A DNA stretch of 61,356 nt from the NCBI GenBank assembly GCA_022450865.1, contig JAKUOQ010000003.1:1-61356 (forward strand), written 5' to 3'. Shown one piece after another: positions 49,451 through 60,500 of the stretch. The notes beneath the pieces are model-generated. The model was not told where the DNA came from and searched no databases. It saw only the letters and a program-made list of their open reading frames with translations. The translations under genes were made by a program, and so were the position numbers. Origin of the DNA: Nitrospinales bacterium (lineage in GTDB: Bacteria; Nitrospinota; Nitrospinia; Nitrospinales; VA-1). Position 1 is the stretch's first letter. Every line of letters begins with the position of its first letter.

Positions 49451-49597
49451 TTCAGTAATTTTAGACCTCGGTCATCTATGGATTCTATTGAGCAAAAATA
49501 GCTAAAACATGAATAAGGGATATTCAAACACTTTGATAGCATTACAAAAATACACTGTAATATTATATTTACCTGATACACCTTATATCCAGTCAAC

Positions 49598-51574
49598 TCA
49601 GAATGAATTTTCCTCAGAAAAAAAGTTTCTTACCTCGTCTATTTGGTTGGCCACAGGACAAACGGGAAGCGAGGCGATGAATTTTTTTCCATAACCCCTT
49701 CTGCTAATCCTCGAATCAAGCAAGGAGACAACACCTTTATCGGTTTTTTTCCTGATCAATCTTCCGAATCCCTGTTTTAACTGAATGATGGCTCGTGGAA
49801 TTTGATAATGTGAAAAGGGATCAATATTTTGGCTCTTAAGCTCTTCTATTCGAGCTTCTGTTAGGGGTTCTTTAGGGACATCGAATGGTAGTTTGGTGAT
49901 GATAACACTTTGCAATGCTTTCCCCGGTATATCCACACCCTGCCAGAAAGAATTGGTTCCAAATATTACCGAAGGTTTTTCTTTAAACTTATCTATCATC
50001 AAAGTTGTTGGCAAGTCTCCTTGCCGAATTAATGGAAATGGAAGGCTTAAATCATCAAGTTTTTCATAAATTTGATTGAGCAATGCGTAACTGGTGAACA
50101 AAATAAAAGTTTTTCCACCCGATGCCATAATAAGTTCCTTGCATCGATCTGAAAGTTCTTCCACATAGGGCCCAGTTTCACTTCCCGGTTCAGGAAGGTC
50201 ACGAGGGACATACAATAATGTCTGACTGGGGTAGTCAAATGGGGCATCAAGAAGTAACTCTTCAGTAGGGTGATATCCCAAACGCTCTTTGATGAATTTA
50301 AAATTGTTGCTGGTGGTTAATGTTGCAGAGGTCATGATCATACGATCTAATTTATCAAAAACTTGTGTGTGGAGTTCTTCTGCAACATGAATGGGAACAC
50401 CTCTCAAGACAACGCGCGTAATTCGTTTTCTTTTTACGATTTCAATCCAGTAAACATATCCCGGCATATTCTGGTTGAGAATGGCCGATACAGTATTGTT
50501 AAATTCAAAACATCTTTCAGCTGCCGCTGCTACATCGATCCTGTCTTCTTCAGAATGCAATCCTGCTTCTAGAGATTTTAAGCTTTCACGGAGTGCTTCC
50601 ATAGGAACATAAATTCCATTGTCTAGAACAGGCGGTTTGTAAAAACGAACCACGCGATCCTCTCCACCATACTCTTCTAAAAAATGTGTAAAGAATGCTT
50701 CGATAGCCTGTCGAACAGTCATGGCAAGTTTTCTAACGTGGGGCACTATGGCATGATCTAGTCGTGTTAATAATCCTTTCTTGGTACGTGGATTATGTAA
50801 TCGATCAAGAAAATAAAAAAGGTTCGAGTTTGAAATTTCCAGTCCTAGAAATTGAGTAGCGGCGTCTTCCAGATTTTGCGCTTCGTCAAACACCACCGCG
50901 TCATAAGCTGGTAATACGGCACCAGAATTTGCGACATTTGCAAAAAAGAGGTGATGATTCACAATTAATAAATGAGCCCCAAACCATTTCTTTCTGGCTT
51001 TAAAATAAAAACAGGATGAATGAGTTTTGCAATTTTTCCCTAGACAGAGATCCTTTTGTCTTCCCACTTCTTCCCAGACTTGTGGCATTACTTCAAAAGG
51101 CAGGTCACTTCGATAACCCGTTTCAGTTTTTGCAGCCCAGCTAAAAATTCCATTCCGCTGTTCTTCTTCATCGGCTTTATTAAATAAACCTGTCTGAGCT
51201 GAGCGTTCCAGCCGGCGCAAGGAAAGATAGTTTTCATTGCCCATGCATAGAGCATAACGAAAAGAAATACCGAGTTTTTCTCGAAGAAAAGGAATGTCGT
51301 GATTGAGTATCTGCTGTTGAAGGGTTTTGGTATAAGTAGAAATTACAACCTTTTTATTATTTTCTACTGCCCAAAGAATCGCCGGGATAAGGTAAGCAAG
51401 ACTTTTCCCCGTCCCCGTTCCTGCTTCAACAATAAGGTGCTTCGCTTCGCTAAAAGCTGTTTCGACTGCTTGAGCCATTTTCACTTGCTGGGGACGGTGC
51501 TCAAAACCTTCTAGTTTTTTAGAAAGTATTCCGTTGATCCCTAAAAATTTTATAACATTTTCTTTGATCATCAC
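49598..51574 (-). CDS. dinG: DinG/XPD-family (Rad3-like) ATP-dependent DNA helicase
   Basis: Walker A is EAGTGTGKSLAY. Walker B is VFDEAQNL, a DEAQ variant of DEAH. A Cys cluster (LCMG...DLCLGKNCKTHSSC) sits between helicase motifs I and II. The C-terminal helicase motifs are FWQGVD and QGFGRLIR. Confidence 0.85.
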   Translation of the reverse strand: MMIKENVIKFLGINGILSKKLEGFEHRPQQVKMAQAVETAFSEAKHLIVEAGTGTGKSLAYLIPAILWAVENNKKVVISTYTKTLQQQILNHDIPFLREKLGISFRYALCMGNENYLSLRRLERSAQTGLFNKADEEEQRNGIFSWAAKTETGYRSDLPFEVMPQVWEEVGRQKDLCLGKNCKTHSSCFYFKARKKWFGAHLLIVNHHLFFANVANSGAVLPAYDAVVFDEAQNLEDAATQFLGLEISNSNLFYFLDRLHNPRTKKGLLTRLDHAIVPHVRKLAMTVRQAIEAFFTHFLEEYGGEDRVVRFYKPPVLDNGIYVPMEALRESLKSLEAGLHSEEDRIDVAAAAERCFEFNNTVSAILNQNMPGYVYWIEIVKRKRITRVVLRGVPIHVAEELHTQVFDKLDRMIMTSATLTTSNNFKFIKERLGYHPTEELLLDAPFDYPSQTLLYVPRDLPEPGSETGPYVEELSDRCKELIMASGGKTFILFTSYALLNQIYEKLDDLSLPFPLIRQGDLPTTLMIDKFKEKPSVIFGTNSFWQGVDIPGKALQSVIITKLPFDVPKEPLTEARIEELKSQNIDPFSHYQIPRAIIQLKQGFGRLIRKKTDKGVVSLLDSRISRRGYGKKFIASLPVCPVANQIDEVRNFFSEENSF

Positions 51575-51698
51575 CGCGCATGGTAAAGCGGTAAAGAGAA
51601 AAGAGCAAAGTTTATTTTAATTTGTCTATATTTCAAAGATGTTGAGTTAGAAACATAAATTGATTATAGTAAAAGTAGATAACTAATTTGAGGGTCCC

Positions 51699-52412
51699 AT
51701 GAAATTATTTTCGTCCAGTATTATTTTAATTCTATTGGTTTCGAGCGTAGCCTGGGCTCAAGAGGATGGCAACAAACAAAGAAAAGTTCTTCGCACATCA
51801 CAAATGATTCTGGATGAAATTCAGAAATCACCGGATCAGAAGATTCCTATGAGTCTTATATCTAAAGCCAAAGCTATCATTGTATTCCCAACAATGCTTA
51901 AAGCGGGTTTTTTTCTAGGTGGTCGATATGGAAAAGGGATTGCATCTGTTCGCGCATCAGACACCGGCAAATGGGGACCGCCTGCTTTTTTATATACAAC
52001 AGGTGCTAGTTTTGGATTCCAGGTCGGGGCAGAAGCCATTGATCTAATTCTCCTAGTTATGTCACAAAGGGGACTCGAAGGGTTGTTAAATGAGAAGCTT
52101 TCCTTAGGGGCTGATATTTCAATTTCAGCAGGACCGGTAGGGCGACACGCCGAAGCTGCTACTGACGTATTTATGCAGGGAGAAATTTATTCCTATTCCA
52201 GAAGCAAAGGGGTTTTTGGCGGAGTCTCTTTAAAAGGCACCGTTATAACTGCTGATTTAGATGCCAACCTGGCATATTACGGCAATCGATATACTTCAGA
52301 AGAAATTTTATTAACAAAACAAGTTCTTAAAATTCCTGAATCGGGAAATCAGTTTATTAAAATTTTCAATCACCTCGCTCCTCCTTATAAGTGGAACAAG
52401 AAAAAAAAATAA
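51699..52412 (+). CDS. SYLF (Ysc84/DUF500) lipid-binding domain protein, secreted
   Basis: A signal peptide is followed by the family-typical KAKAIIVFPTMLKAGFFLGGRYGKG and YSYSRSKGVFGGVSLKG segments. Confidence 0.8.
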   Translation: MKLFSSSIILILLVSSVAWAQEDGNKQRKVLRTSQMILDEIQKSPDQKIPMSLISKAKAIIVFPTMLKAGFFLGGRYGKGIASVRASDTGKWGPPAFLYTTGASFGFQVGAEAIDLILLVMSQRGLEGLLNEKLSLGADISISAGPVGRHAEAATDVFMQGEIYSYSRSKGVFGGVSLKGTVITADLDANLAYYGNRYTSEEILLTKQVLKIPESGNQFIKIFNHLAPPYKWNKKKK

Positions 52413-52473
52413 GATTTTAAATTAGCCTTTGGGATTACACCTTATCCATTCAAGGTAAAATACATTCTGGCCT

Positions 52474-53610
52474 TTATTTAATTTTTTCTCGGATTTTTGC
52501 GCTTAGAGTGTCGAGGGTAATTACAACCATCGCGATAGCAAGTAATGCCGTACCCGCTTCGTTGTATTTCAAAAGATTGATCCATTGTTGCAGAAGAAAA
52601 CCAATCCCGCCTCCGCCTACAAAACCGATGATTGTTGACATCCGTACGTTGATATCCCAACGATAAAAGCTAAGTGCCAGAAAAGGCAAAATCACCTGCG
52701 GCAAAACCCCAAATAGCACTACCTGAAGGGGCTTCGCTCCTACTGAGGTAATTGCTTCAACAGGACCTGCATCGATACTCTCAATTTGCTCAGAAAAAAG
52801 TTTTCCCAAGGAGGCAATGGAATGAATTCCTAGAGCCAAAACTCCTGCGAAAGGACCTATGCCAACCCAAACCACGAACAAGATCGCCATGATTAAGGGT
52901 TCGATAGACCGCAGCAAATTTAGTGTTGTTCGTATGACATAGTAAACCATCGTTCCCAGAAGGGTTTCTGTCATTAGGTTTCTGGACGCCAAGAGGCTCA
53001 AAGGAACTGCAATTAATATTGCGAAGGTGGTCGCCATCAAAGCAAGAAAAAGAGTTTCTACCATTTTATCAAATGTCAGGCGCAAGGTTTCACTGGCCTG
53101 CAAAGATCCTTCAGGCCAACTTACAATAGCCTTGACTATTTGCCGATTTCCTCGGGCACTTGGTGGCACGGTTATATCTTTTTGAAATTTACCGGTCGAG
53201 TCAGTTTTAAACTTCCCTAGGGGAAATTCTTGCTCTATCTCATTGACCCAAAATAATGTGCCTCCAGAATTGGGTTTTAAGCGACGTCCTGTTATCGTCA
53301 ATCGGTCCCCAATTTGCCCCGAACTTTGAGATAAAACCAATTGGCGTTTTTCATTTGACCCGGATGAGGTTTGATTGTTGTTTGAATCTGCCTTCAAAAA
53401 AAACTCGATTTCCGTAGTCTGGCTTTTCTTTTCTCGGGAAAATAAATCAGGTTGCGTAAGTTCTTTGACAAGAGGTTTTACTAAATGGAAATCGCGAAAC
53501 AAATCACCCAAGTTAATTTCTGTTACCCTCCAACCATAGCTATAGATAACTAGAACAGCTAAAGCTATAAAAAAAAACTTTGTTCTGGAGTAATTGGGCA
53601 CAGTTATCAA
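52474..53610 (-). CDS. PhnE-type (phosphonate ABC transporter) permease with an extra ~150-aa N-terminal periplasmic segment
   Basis: The C-terminal half matches the PhnE signature order: EAITSVGAKPLQVVLFGVLPQV...RWDINVRMSTIIGFVGGGGIGFLL. Residues ~30-185, between TM1 and the core, are hydrophilic. Confidence 0.75.
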   Translation of the reverse strand: MITVPNYSRTKFFFIALAVLVIYSYGWRVTEINLGDLFRDFHLVKPLVKELTQPDLFSREKKSQTTEIEFFLKADSNNNQTSSGSNEKRQLVLSQSSGQIGDRLTITGRRLKPNSGGTLFWVNEIEQEFPLGKFKTDSTGKFQKDITVPPSARGNRQIVKAIVSWPEGSLQASETLRLTFDKMVETLFLALMATTFAILIAVPLSLLASRNLMTETLLGTMVYYVIRTTLNLLRSIEPLIMAILFVVWVGIGPFAGVLALGIHSIASLGKLFSEQIESIDAGPVEAITSVGAKPLQVVLFGVLPQVILPFLALSFYRWDINVRMSTIIGFVGGGGIGFLLQQWINLLKYNEAGTALLAIAMVVITLDTLSAKIREKIK

Positions 53611-53714
53611 ATTCTTTCAACCCACTAATTTTGGAAGTAATAAAAAATCTATTTAAAGGTTAAACGTATGACTCGCTGTGAATGAATGAAATCATTGCCT
53701 CTCATGCTAATGGA

Positions 53715-55529
53715 TTAGTCGAGTTCGAACTCTTCTTTCCAGTTTTCATCTTCAATGAGTAGTTTCTGATCTTTTTTGTCGATGACAAAGTTTTCTAGCA
53801 CCAAAGTATCCATTTCTGTCCGCATAAAACAAAGGAAAGCTTGTTCTGGGGTACAAACAATAGGCTCTCCCCGAACATTAAAGGAGGTATTGATCAACAC
53901 GGGGCATTGCGTTTCTTTTTCAAATTCGCTAATCAAATCGTAAAATCTTTTATTAGTATCTTTATGAACCGTTTGGATTCGAGCAGAATAGTCAACGTGG
54001 GTAATTGCAGGTATTTGCGACCTTGGCACATTTAATAAATCTATTCCAAACAGTTTCTTCTGCTCCTCAGTCATGGTAATTCGTTTGTCTTCCCGCACTC
54101 TTGCAACTAATAACATGTAGGGACTTTTCGAATCCATCTCGAACCATTCATTTACTTTTTCTGCAAGAACAGAAGGGGCGAAAGGACGAAATGATTCACG
54201 ATATTTAATTTTTAAGTTCATGATAGATTGCATTTTAGGGTTTCGCGGATCTCCAATGATGCTTCTGCCGCCTAGCGCCCTGGGGCCAAACTCCATTGGG
54301 CCCTGAAACCAGCCCACCACTTTACCTGCTTTCAAATCAGTGACAATCGTTTTCGATAACTCGATTTCTCCTAATTTTCGATAAGGAATGTTCTCTGTAT
54401 CTAAATAATTTTTAATTTCACTGTCTTTATAATGGGGACCGAGATAAGCGCCTTTCATTGAGTCGCAACCGTTGGTCACCCTTTTATTATCCAGCATTTG
54501 GTACCAGCAGCAGAGTGCAACGCCCAACGCGCTACCTGCATCACCAGCAGCAGGTTGAATCCAGATATTTTCAAAAATTTTTTCTTTTAGAATTTTTCCA
54601 TTGCCAACGCAATTCAAGGCCACTCCACCAGCAAGACATAAATTTTTCATACCTGTTATTTGGCAGATGTGACGAGCCATTTTTACCATAATTTCTTCTG
54701 TCACTTCCTGCAAGGAGGCAGCAATATCCATTTCTTTCTGTGTTAACTGTGACTCAGACTTTCGGGTTGGGTGGTCGAATATAGCTGCGAATTTTTCATT
54801 GGTCATGGTCATTCCGCCCAGAAAATCGAAATATTCCATATTCATGCGAAACGAACCGTCGTCTTTCAGGTCGATCAAATGGTCACGAATTAAATTGCAA
54901 TATATTGGTTTTCCATAGGGTGCTAATCCCATAACCTTATATTCACCGCTATTGACTTTAAATCCCAGGTAGTAGGTGAAAGCAGAGTAAAGTAATCCTA
55001 TAGAGTGGGGGAAGTGTAGCTCTTGCAGTAATTCGATTTTATTATTTTTCCCTAAAGCAAGGCTGCTTGTGGCCCATTCGCCCACTCCATCCATGGTGAG
55101 AATTGCAGCTTCTTTAAAAGGCGATGGGAAAAATGCGCTAGCAGCATGCGACTCGTGGTGCTCAGAAAATATAACAGGACCGTCGTAACCGAGGTTTTTT
55201 CTAATATTGCCTCGAGTCCATAATTTATCTTTTAACCATACAGGGATGGCAGAGAGGTATTGTTTTAATCCTTTTGGTGCGATTCCCAAATATGTTTCAA
55301 GTATTCTCTCAAATTTTATAAAGGGCTTGTCATAAAACCCCACATAGTCCAAGTCGGATACTTGGATTCCTCCAGTTTTTAGGCAAAACTCGATAGCATT
55401 ATCAGGGAATGATGCGTCGTGTTTTTTTCGTGTAAACCTTTCTTCTTGTGCGGCAGCAATAATTTCACCATCACGCACTAAGCAGGCAGCGGAGTCATGG
55501 TAAAAAGCGGAAATGCCTAATATATTCAT
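53715..55529 (-). CDS. carbamoyltransferase (NodU/CmcH family)
   Basis: The N-terminus is ILGISAFYHDSAACLVRDGEIIAAAQEERFTRKKHD. Length is 604 aa with a YrdC-like/Kae1-like two-domain layout. Confidence 0.9.
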   Translation of the reverse strand: MNILGISAFYHDSAACLVRDGEIIAAAQEERFTRKKHDASFPDNAIEFCLKTGGIQVSDLDYVGFYDKPFIKFERILETYLGIAPKGLKQYLSAIPVWLKDKLWTRGNIRKNLGYDGPVIFSEHHESHAASAFFPSPFKEAAILTMDGVGEWATSSLALGKNNKIELLQELHFPHSIGLLYSAFTYYLGFKVNSGEYKVMGLAPYGKPIYCNLIRDHLIDLKDDGSFRMNMEYFDFLGGMTMTNEKFAAIFDHPTRKSESQLTQKEMDIAASLQEVTEEIMVKMARHICQITGMKNLCLAGGVALNCVGNGKILKEKIFENIWIQPAAGDAGSALGVALCCWYQMLDNKRVTNGCDSMKGAYLGPHYKDSEIKNYLDTENIPYRKLGEIELSKTIVTDLKAGKVVGWFQGPMEFGPRALGGRSIIGDPRNPKMQSIMNLKIKYRESFRPFAPSVLAEKVNEWFEMDSKSPYMLLVARVREDKRITMTEEQKKLFGIDLLNVPRSQIPAITHVDYSARIQTVHKDTNKRFYDLISEFEKETQCPVLINTSFNVRGEPIVCTPEQAFLCFMRTEMDTLVLENFVIDKKDQKLLIEDENWKEEFELD

Positions 55530-55562
55530 ATGGGAATTTTGAATTTTATAGGTGAAAATTTA

Positions 55563-56291
55563 TTATGGATTGATAAAGGAATCAATCTCTGAAACAATTT
55601 TCCGAGCAGCTTCTTTGGGTGCGTCGGCATCACGGATAGGACGACCCACGACTATCAAATCAGCACCTTCTTTAATGGCTTTTTTAGGTGTAGAAATACG
55701 GTTCTGATCATCCGAAGAGATTTGGCTCCATTCTGGTCGAATGCCTGGTACAACAACTTTAAAATGTTCTCCGCATTTTTGTTTTACTTGGGCAATTTCT
55801 TCCCCTGAGCAAATGATACCGGAACATCCAGATTGTTTAGCTCGCAATGCCCTATCCAAAACGACATCGCAAATTTTAGTACCGTGCTCAAAGCCTAAAG
55901 CGTTTAGTTGTTCCTCGCCCATGCTAGTCAGCAAGGTAACAGCCAATACTTCAAGACCTGAACCCTTAACCTCTTTCGATGCTTCAAGTATTGCTTCACC
56001 TTCCATCGAATGAATAGTGATGTATCTCACGCCTAATTTTTCAGCAGACTTTAAAGCCCCACAAACCGTCGCGGGGATATCATGAAGTTTTAAGTCCAGA
56101 AAAATATCTGCTGTTGAATGATCTTTTATTAGTTTTAAAATATCAGGACCTTCTTGTACGAACAATTGCAGCCCCACTTTAAAGCAGCCGACAGAATTAT
56201 GCAGTAGCTTTACCAGGCGTTGGGCCTCTCTTTTATCCGGTACATCCAGTGCAAAAATTAACCGGTCTTTGGAATTTATAGAAGTTGTCAA
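55563..56291 (-). CDS. pyrF: orotidine 5'-phosphate decarboxylase
   Basis: The motifs LIFALDV, FKVGLQLF, DLKLHDIP and VVGRPI are present. Confidence 0.9.
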   Translation of the reverse strand: MTTSINSKDRLIFALDVPDKREAQRLVKLLHNSVGCFKVGLQLFVQEGPDILKLIKDHSTADIFLDLKLHDIPATVCGALKSAEKLGVRYITIHSMEGEAILEASKEVKGSGLEVLAVTLLTSMGEEQLNALGFEHGTKICDVVLDRALRAKQSGCSGIICSGEEIAQVKQKCGEHFKVVVPGIRPEWSQISSDDQNRISTPKKAIKEGADLIVVGRPIRDADAPKEAARKIVSEIDSFINP

Positions 56292-56408
56292 AGAATTCTA
56301 TTAGGTTGGGTTTTTCAATAATCAAACGTTTTTATTATAACAGTCTGATTAGAAATCTGGTTTCATTTAAGGATCAAAAACAATTAAAAGTTAGTAAACA
56401 TTCAAACA

Positions 56409-56945
56409 CTAAATTTCTCGTAAAATTTGTGCAGAAGCTCCCCAAACCCTATTTTGTTTAAACCAGTACATCACCATGTCCTGTTCTGGGCTAAAACTAA
56501 CATCCCGTTGTTGCGTGGCTAGTAAAGAGGTCAATGGGATTTCTAGTATTTCTTCGACCTCATCTTCTTGCAGCTTAAATTCCATAGCTGCTGAGAATAC
56601 AGAAACAAAAGGTGTAATCTCGAATCCCAATCTAGTATTTACAATGGGAAGTTGTGCTATCACTTGCGAGGCTTCTACTTGGACTCCTACTTCCTCTTGG
56701 GTTTCCCGGAGTGCAGTTGCTAAAAGGCTTTTGTCTTCATCTTTCTCATAGACCCCGCCGGGAAAACCTATTTCCCCTGCATGAGATTTAAGGTGTAACG
56801 CTCTTTTTATCATCAATATATAGGTTTCATTATGCTTGGGGTAAAGCATGACCAGAATCGCCGCCTTTTTGGGGTGTGGTTCTACCGCCTGTTGATTAAG
56901 TGGGAATTGATTCTTTAGCTTGTTTGTAATGAAAATTAAATCCAT
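56409..56945 (-). CDS. NUDIX hydrolase (CoA pyrophosphatase-like)
   Basis: The Nudix box is GFPGGVYEKDEDKSLLATALRETQEEVG. It is preceded by MIKRALHLKSHAGE, which resembles the CoA pyrophosphatase signature. Confidence 0.8.
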   Translation of the reverse strand: MDLIFITNKLKNQFPLNQQAVEPHPKKAAILVMLYPKHNETYILMIKRALHLKSHAGEIGFPGGVYEKDEDKSLLATALRETQEEVGVQVEASQVIAQLPIVNTRLGFEITPFVSVFSAAMEFKLQEDEVEEILEIPLTSLLATQQRDVSFSPEQDMVMYWFKQNRVWGASAQILREI

Positions 56946-56957
56946 TTTATGAAACGA

Positions 56958-57305
56958 CTATTTTCCCCAAACCTGTTTATACTCATCGGCATTAAAGCCA
57001 ATCGTTATTTTATCTTTATCCACTACAATCGGTCTTTTAATTAAGCGACCATTTGAAGCAAGCAGGTCAATCGCTTGCGCTTCGGTCATCGATTTCAATT
57101 TATCTTTTATCTTGAGTTCGCGATACTGAACGCCGCTGGTGTTAAATAATTTTTGCAGCCCCTTTGCTTTGACCGCAGATTTGAGAACGGTTTTGCTTGG
57201 TGGATTTTCAGTGATATCAATCACCTCAAATTTAATTTTTTTTGCTTCTAGATCCTTAATGGCATTTCTACAGGTTCCGCATTTACTATAAGAATAAACC
57301 TTCAT
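56958..57305 (-). CDS. ArsC/Spx/YffB-family thioredoxin-fold protein
   Basis: The sequence is MKVYSYSKCGTCRNA... with an AAGGAG Shine-Dalgarno 8 nt upstream of the ATG at 57305. The track ORF extends to 57353 without support. Confidence 0.8.
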   Translation of the reverse strand: MKVYSYSKCGTCRNAIKDLEAKKIKFEVIDITENPPSKTVLKSAVKAKGLQKLFNTSGVQYRELKIKDKLKSMTEAQAIDLLASNGRLIKRPIVVDKDKITIGFNADEYKQVWGK

Positions 57306-57558
57306 TAACCTAATCTCCTTACGGTCATTTCCTAAAAAAAGATGGGAAAACAAGCCTTAGAATCTCTGGGCTTTAGGCTAGAGCCTAAAAATCAATGATT
57401 TATTGGACATTTTCCAATACCACAATATATTGGGCCTTAAAATTTCTAGTATACCAAGGATTGTATAATTTCCCTTTACAATACTTTGGGATTGGGATAA
57501 CCTTTCTCAAGTTATTATGGATTACTAAAACATAATTTTTACAGGGTTTTAGCGTCAA

Positions 57559-60500
57559 ATGTATCTGAAAAACTTGGAATTAGAAGGTTTCAAATCTTTT
57601 GCTGACTCCACCAACCTTGAGTTCAAAAATGGTTTCACTGCCATTGTTGGTCCCAACGGTTGCGGGAAAAGTAATGTTTCCGATGCCATCCGTTGGGCCA
57701 TCGGCGAGCAAAGGTCCAAAACCTTACGTAGCACTCGGATAACCGATCTTATTTTTAATGGCAGCGGTAGCCGCAAACCGGTAAACCGTGCCGAAATTTC
57801 AATTACGCTATCAAATGTTCCGGCTGGAATCCGTATTGCAGGGGTTCCAAATATAGCTGAAGATGTAAAGGTGACTAGATGCTACCACCGGTCTGGTGAA
57901 AGTGAATTTTATATCAACCAAATCCCTTGTCGCCTGAAAGATATCACAGATTTTCTTCTGGATGCTGGAATTAGTCCGAAGGTTCTTACAATTATCGAGC
58001 AAGGCCATATACAGGATATCATCACCTCGAAGCCGGAAGAGCGACGGATTATGATTGAAGAAGCTGCTGGTATTCTTAAGTTTAAAAGTCGAAAAAATGA
58101 TGCTGTCAGAAAGCTCGATAGTTCACGGCAAAATTTGGAACGTGTCGCTGATATTGTGCAGGAGCTGCATCGACAGGTTGAGTCCTTGAAACGCCAAGCT
58201 GCAAAAGCAGAGCGTTATAAAAATTTTAAAGCAGAAATTAAAGAACTTTCTTTACAGCTCTTCGCGGTAAAAATCAAACGGTTTCAGGAGCAGCTAAAAA
58301 CTATAGAGCAGGAACTCCAAGAGCAAACACAAAAGAAAACAGAATGGAGTACGCGGTATGCCACCTTCGAAAATCAGCTGCTCAAACTCAATATTGAAAT
58401 AGAAGAGTCGCTGAACCGATTGAATAGCATGCGTGAAGATATTCACAAGCTGACTGCTCAAATTAGCAATAACGAACAAACCATCGCTTTCAAAAATGAA
58501 CAGCAAGCTGAGGCGAGAGAAGATATTGAGACTGCCGGTGGCGAAATTACCCAAATGAAGGAGGAGGTTGAAGGTCTATTGCGGCAGACAGACAATCAAC
58601 AAATAAAGCTTAGCGATACTTCTAAGGAAATCAATGATCAAGAAAAAAACCTAGAACAATTAAAAGAAATTAGCGAACAAAAACGCGATGCTCTTCAAGC
58701 AATTCAGGACCGAGTTCAGGTTGGGGAAAGAAAGGTTTTTGAATTGTACCAGCAAACAGCGGGTTCAAACAACAAACTCACCGAACTTGAAACTAAATGC
58801 CAGGGTATTGATTTACGCAAACAAAATCTTGCAAAAGAAAAAGCAGGAATTCTAAATTTAATCCAGAATAATCAATCAACTCTGCAAGAACGCGAAAGAA
58901 CGCACCAAAGTAATATTAATGAACTGCAACAACTCAAGGAGCAACAGGAAAAGCTAAAACAAAAAGTTCTAGAATGCTCGAATCAGGCGCAGGAGCAGGC
59001 CGATGCGCACGGCGAAAGAAAGGAGGCCTACTTTAATAAGGCTTCACTGTTGAATTCATTGGAAAAATTGCGAACGCAATTTGAAGGATTTAATGAAGGT
59101 ATCAAATCCCTTATGAGCCAACAAAATGGTGAAAGGATTCCTGGAATTCGCGAAGTGCTTGTTGATGTCTTGCAAACTCCCGCGGAATATGAAACTGCAA
59201 TAGAAACAGCTTTGGGCGACAAACTACAAAGTGTCATCGTCAACTCTTATTCTGACTCGATGGAAGCCATTGGTTTTCTTAAAAATAGTGAGTCTGGGCG
59301 AGGTTTGTTTGTTCCTTTAAATCCAAAATCGACACCGAGCGCCCCATTACAATTAAATGGCACACAAGGTATTGTTGGAAAAGCTCTCAATTTCATCAAA
59401 TGCGGTGAAGATTACAGGCCGGTCATTGAGTTGTTATTAGGGAATGTTGTCATCGTGCAGGATATGGATGTGGCGATGCATCTTCATCAGAACCCTGAGT
59501 TTCAGGGTACAGTTGTAACCTTAAATGGTGACATGATTGAATCAAATGGTTTTATCACAGGTGGTTCGGCCAAAAATGAATCTTCACGATTGCTGGCAAG
59601 AAACAGGGAGATTGATAGTCTTTCCGAAAGTGTAAAGGAACTAAAGGTAAAGCTAGAAGAATCACGGGTAAAGATAGAATCTGATAAATACGCATTAGTT
59701 GAACTGGAAACAAGTCTCAAAAAAATAAATGAAGAAGTTCACCAAAAGGAATTGGATAACAACAATAGTCTACGCGACTTGGAACAATTACGGCAGGAAG
59801 TACTAAGGCTAGATGACCATGCTTCGAACTTGGATACCGAGTCTATGTCCTTGATCCAACAACTGCAAGGCTTGGAAAATGAAAAAGGTTCGCTAAGTGT
59901 ACAGTTGCTGGAAATGGAACAAAAGAGTCGGGGCGAAGAAGAATCGTTAGAAAAGGAACGAATTGAGCTGGAAGAAAGTCGAAAGACCCTGGAAAGAAAC
60001 TTGATGGAAATTAGTGGATTGAAAGTTTTAATCACTTCTTTGGTTGGGCGACGGGAAAATACACTTACGGAGATTAAGCGTCTGACACTACAACAAAAAA
60101 ACCTTCAACAACAAATTGAAAACCGTGAGAAAGATATGGTTTCAAACCAGAATCGAATAATTGAAATCGATAACGATGTGTCAGTGTTGGAAGGTAATGT
60201 TTTGAAACAGACCAAAGAAAAGGATACCCTGAGCAATCGAGCAGTGAAAGAGGAAGAAAATCTTAGAGAAAATGAAGATTTGCAAAAACAAACGGATCAA
60301 AATATCCGCGAGTTGTCCAGAAAACTTCAGGAGATTACAGAAATTTTATCTCAGATAGAAATCAAACGTTCTGAAATAAAATTACAAAATGCACATATTG
60401 AAGAACGTGCATACGAAGATTTTAATGCGACTCGCGAAGAGTTGTCTGCTGCCCATGATGAAAAAATTGTTGAAAATGAAATTGAAGAATCTGTCAAAGA

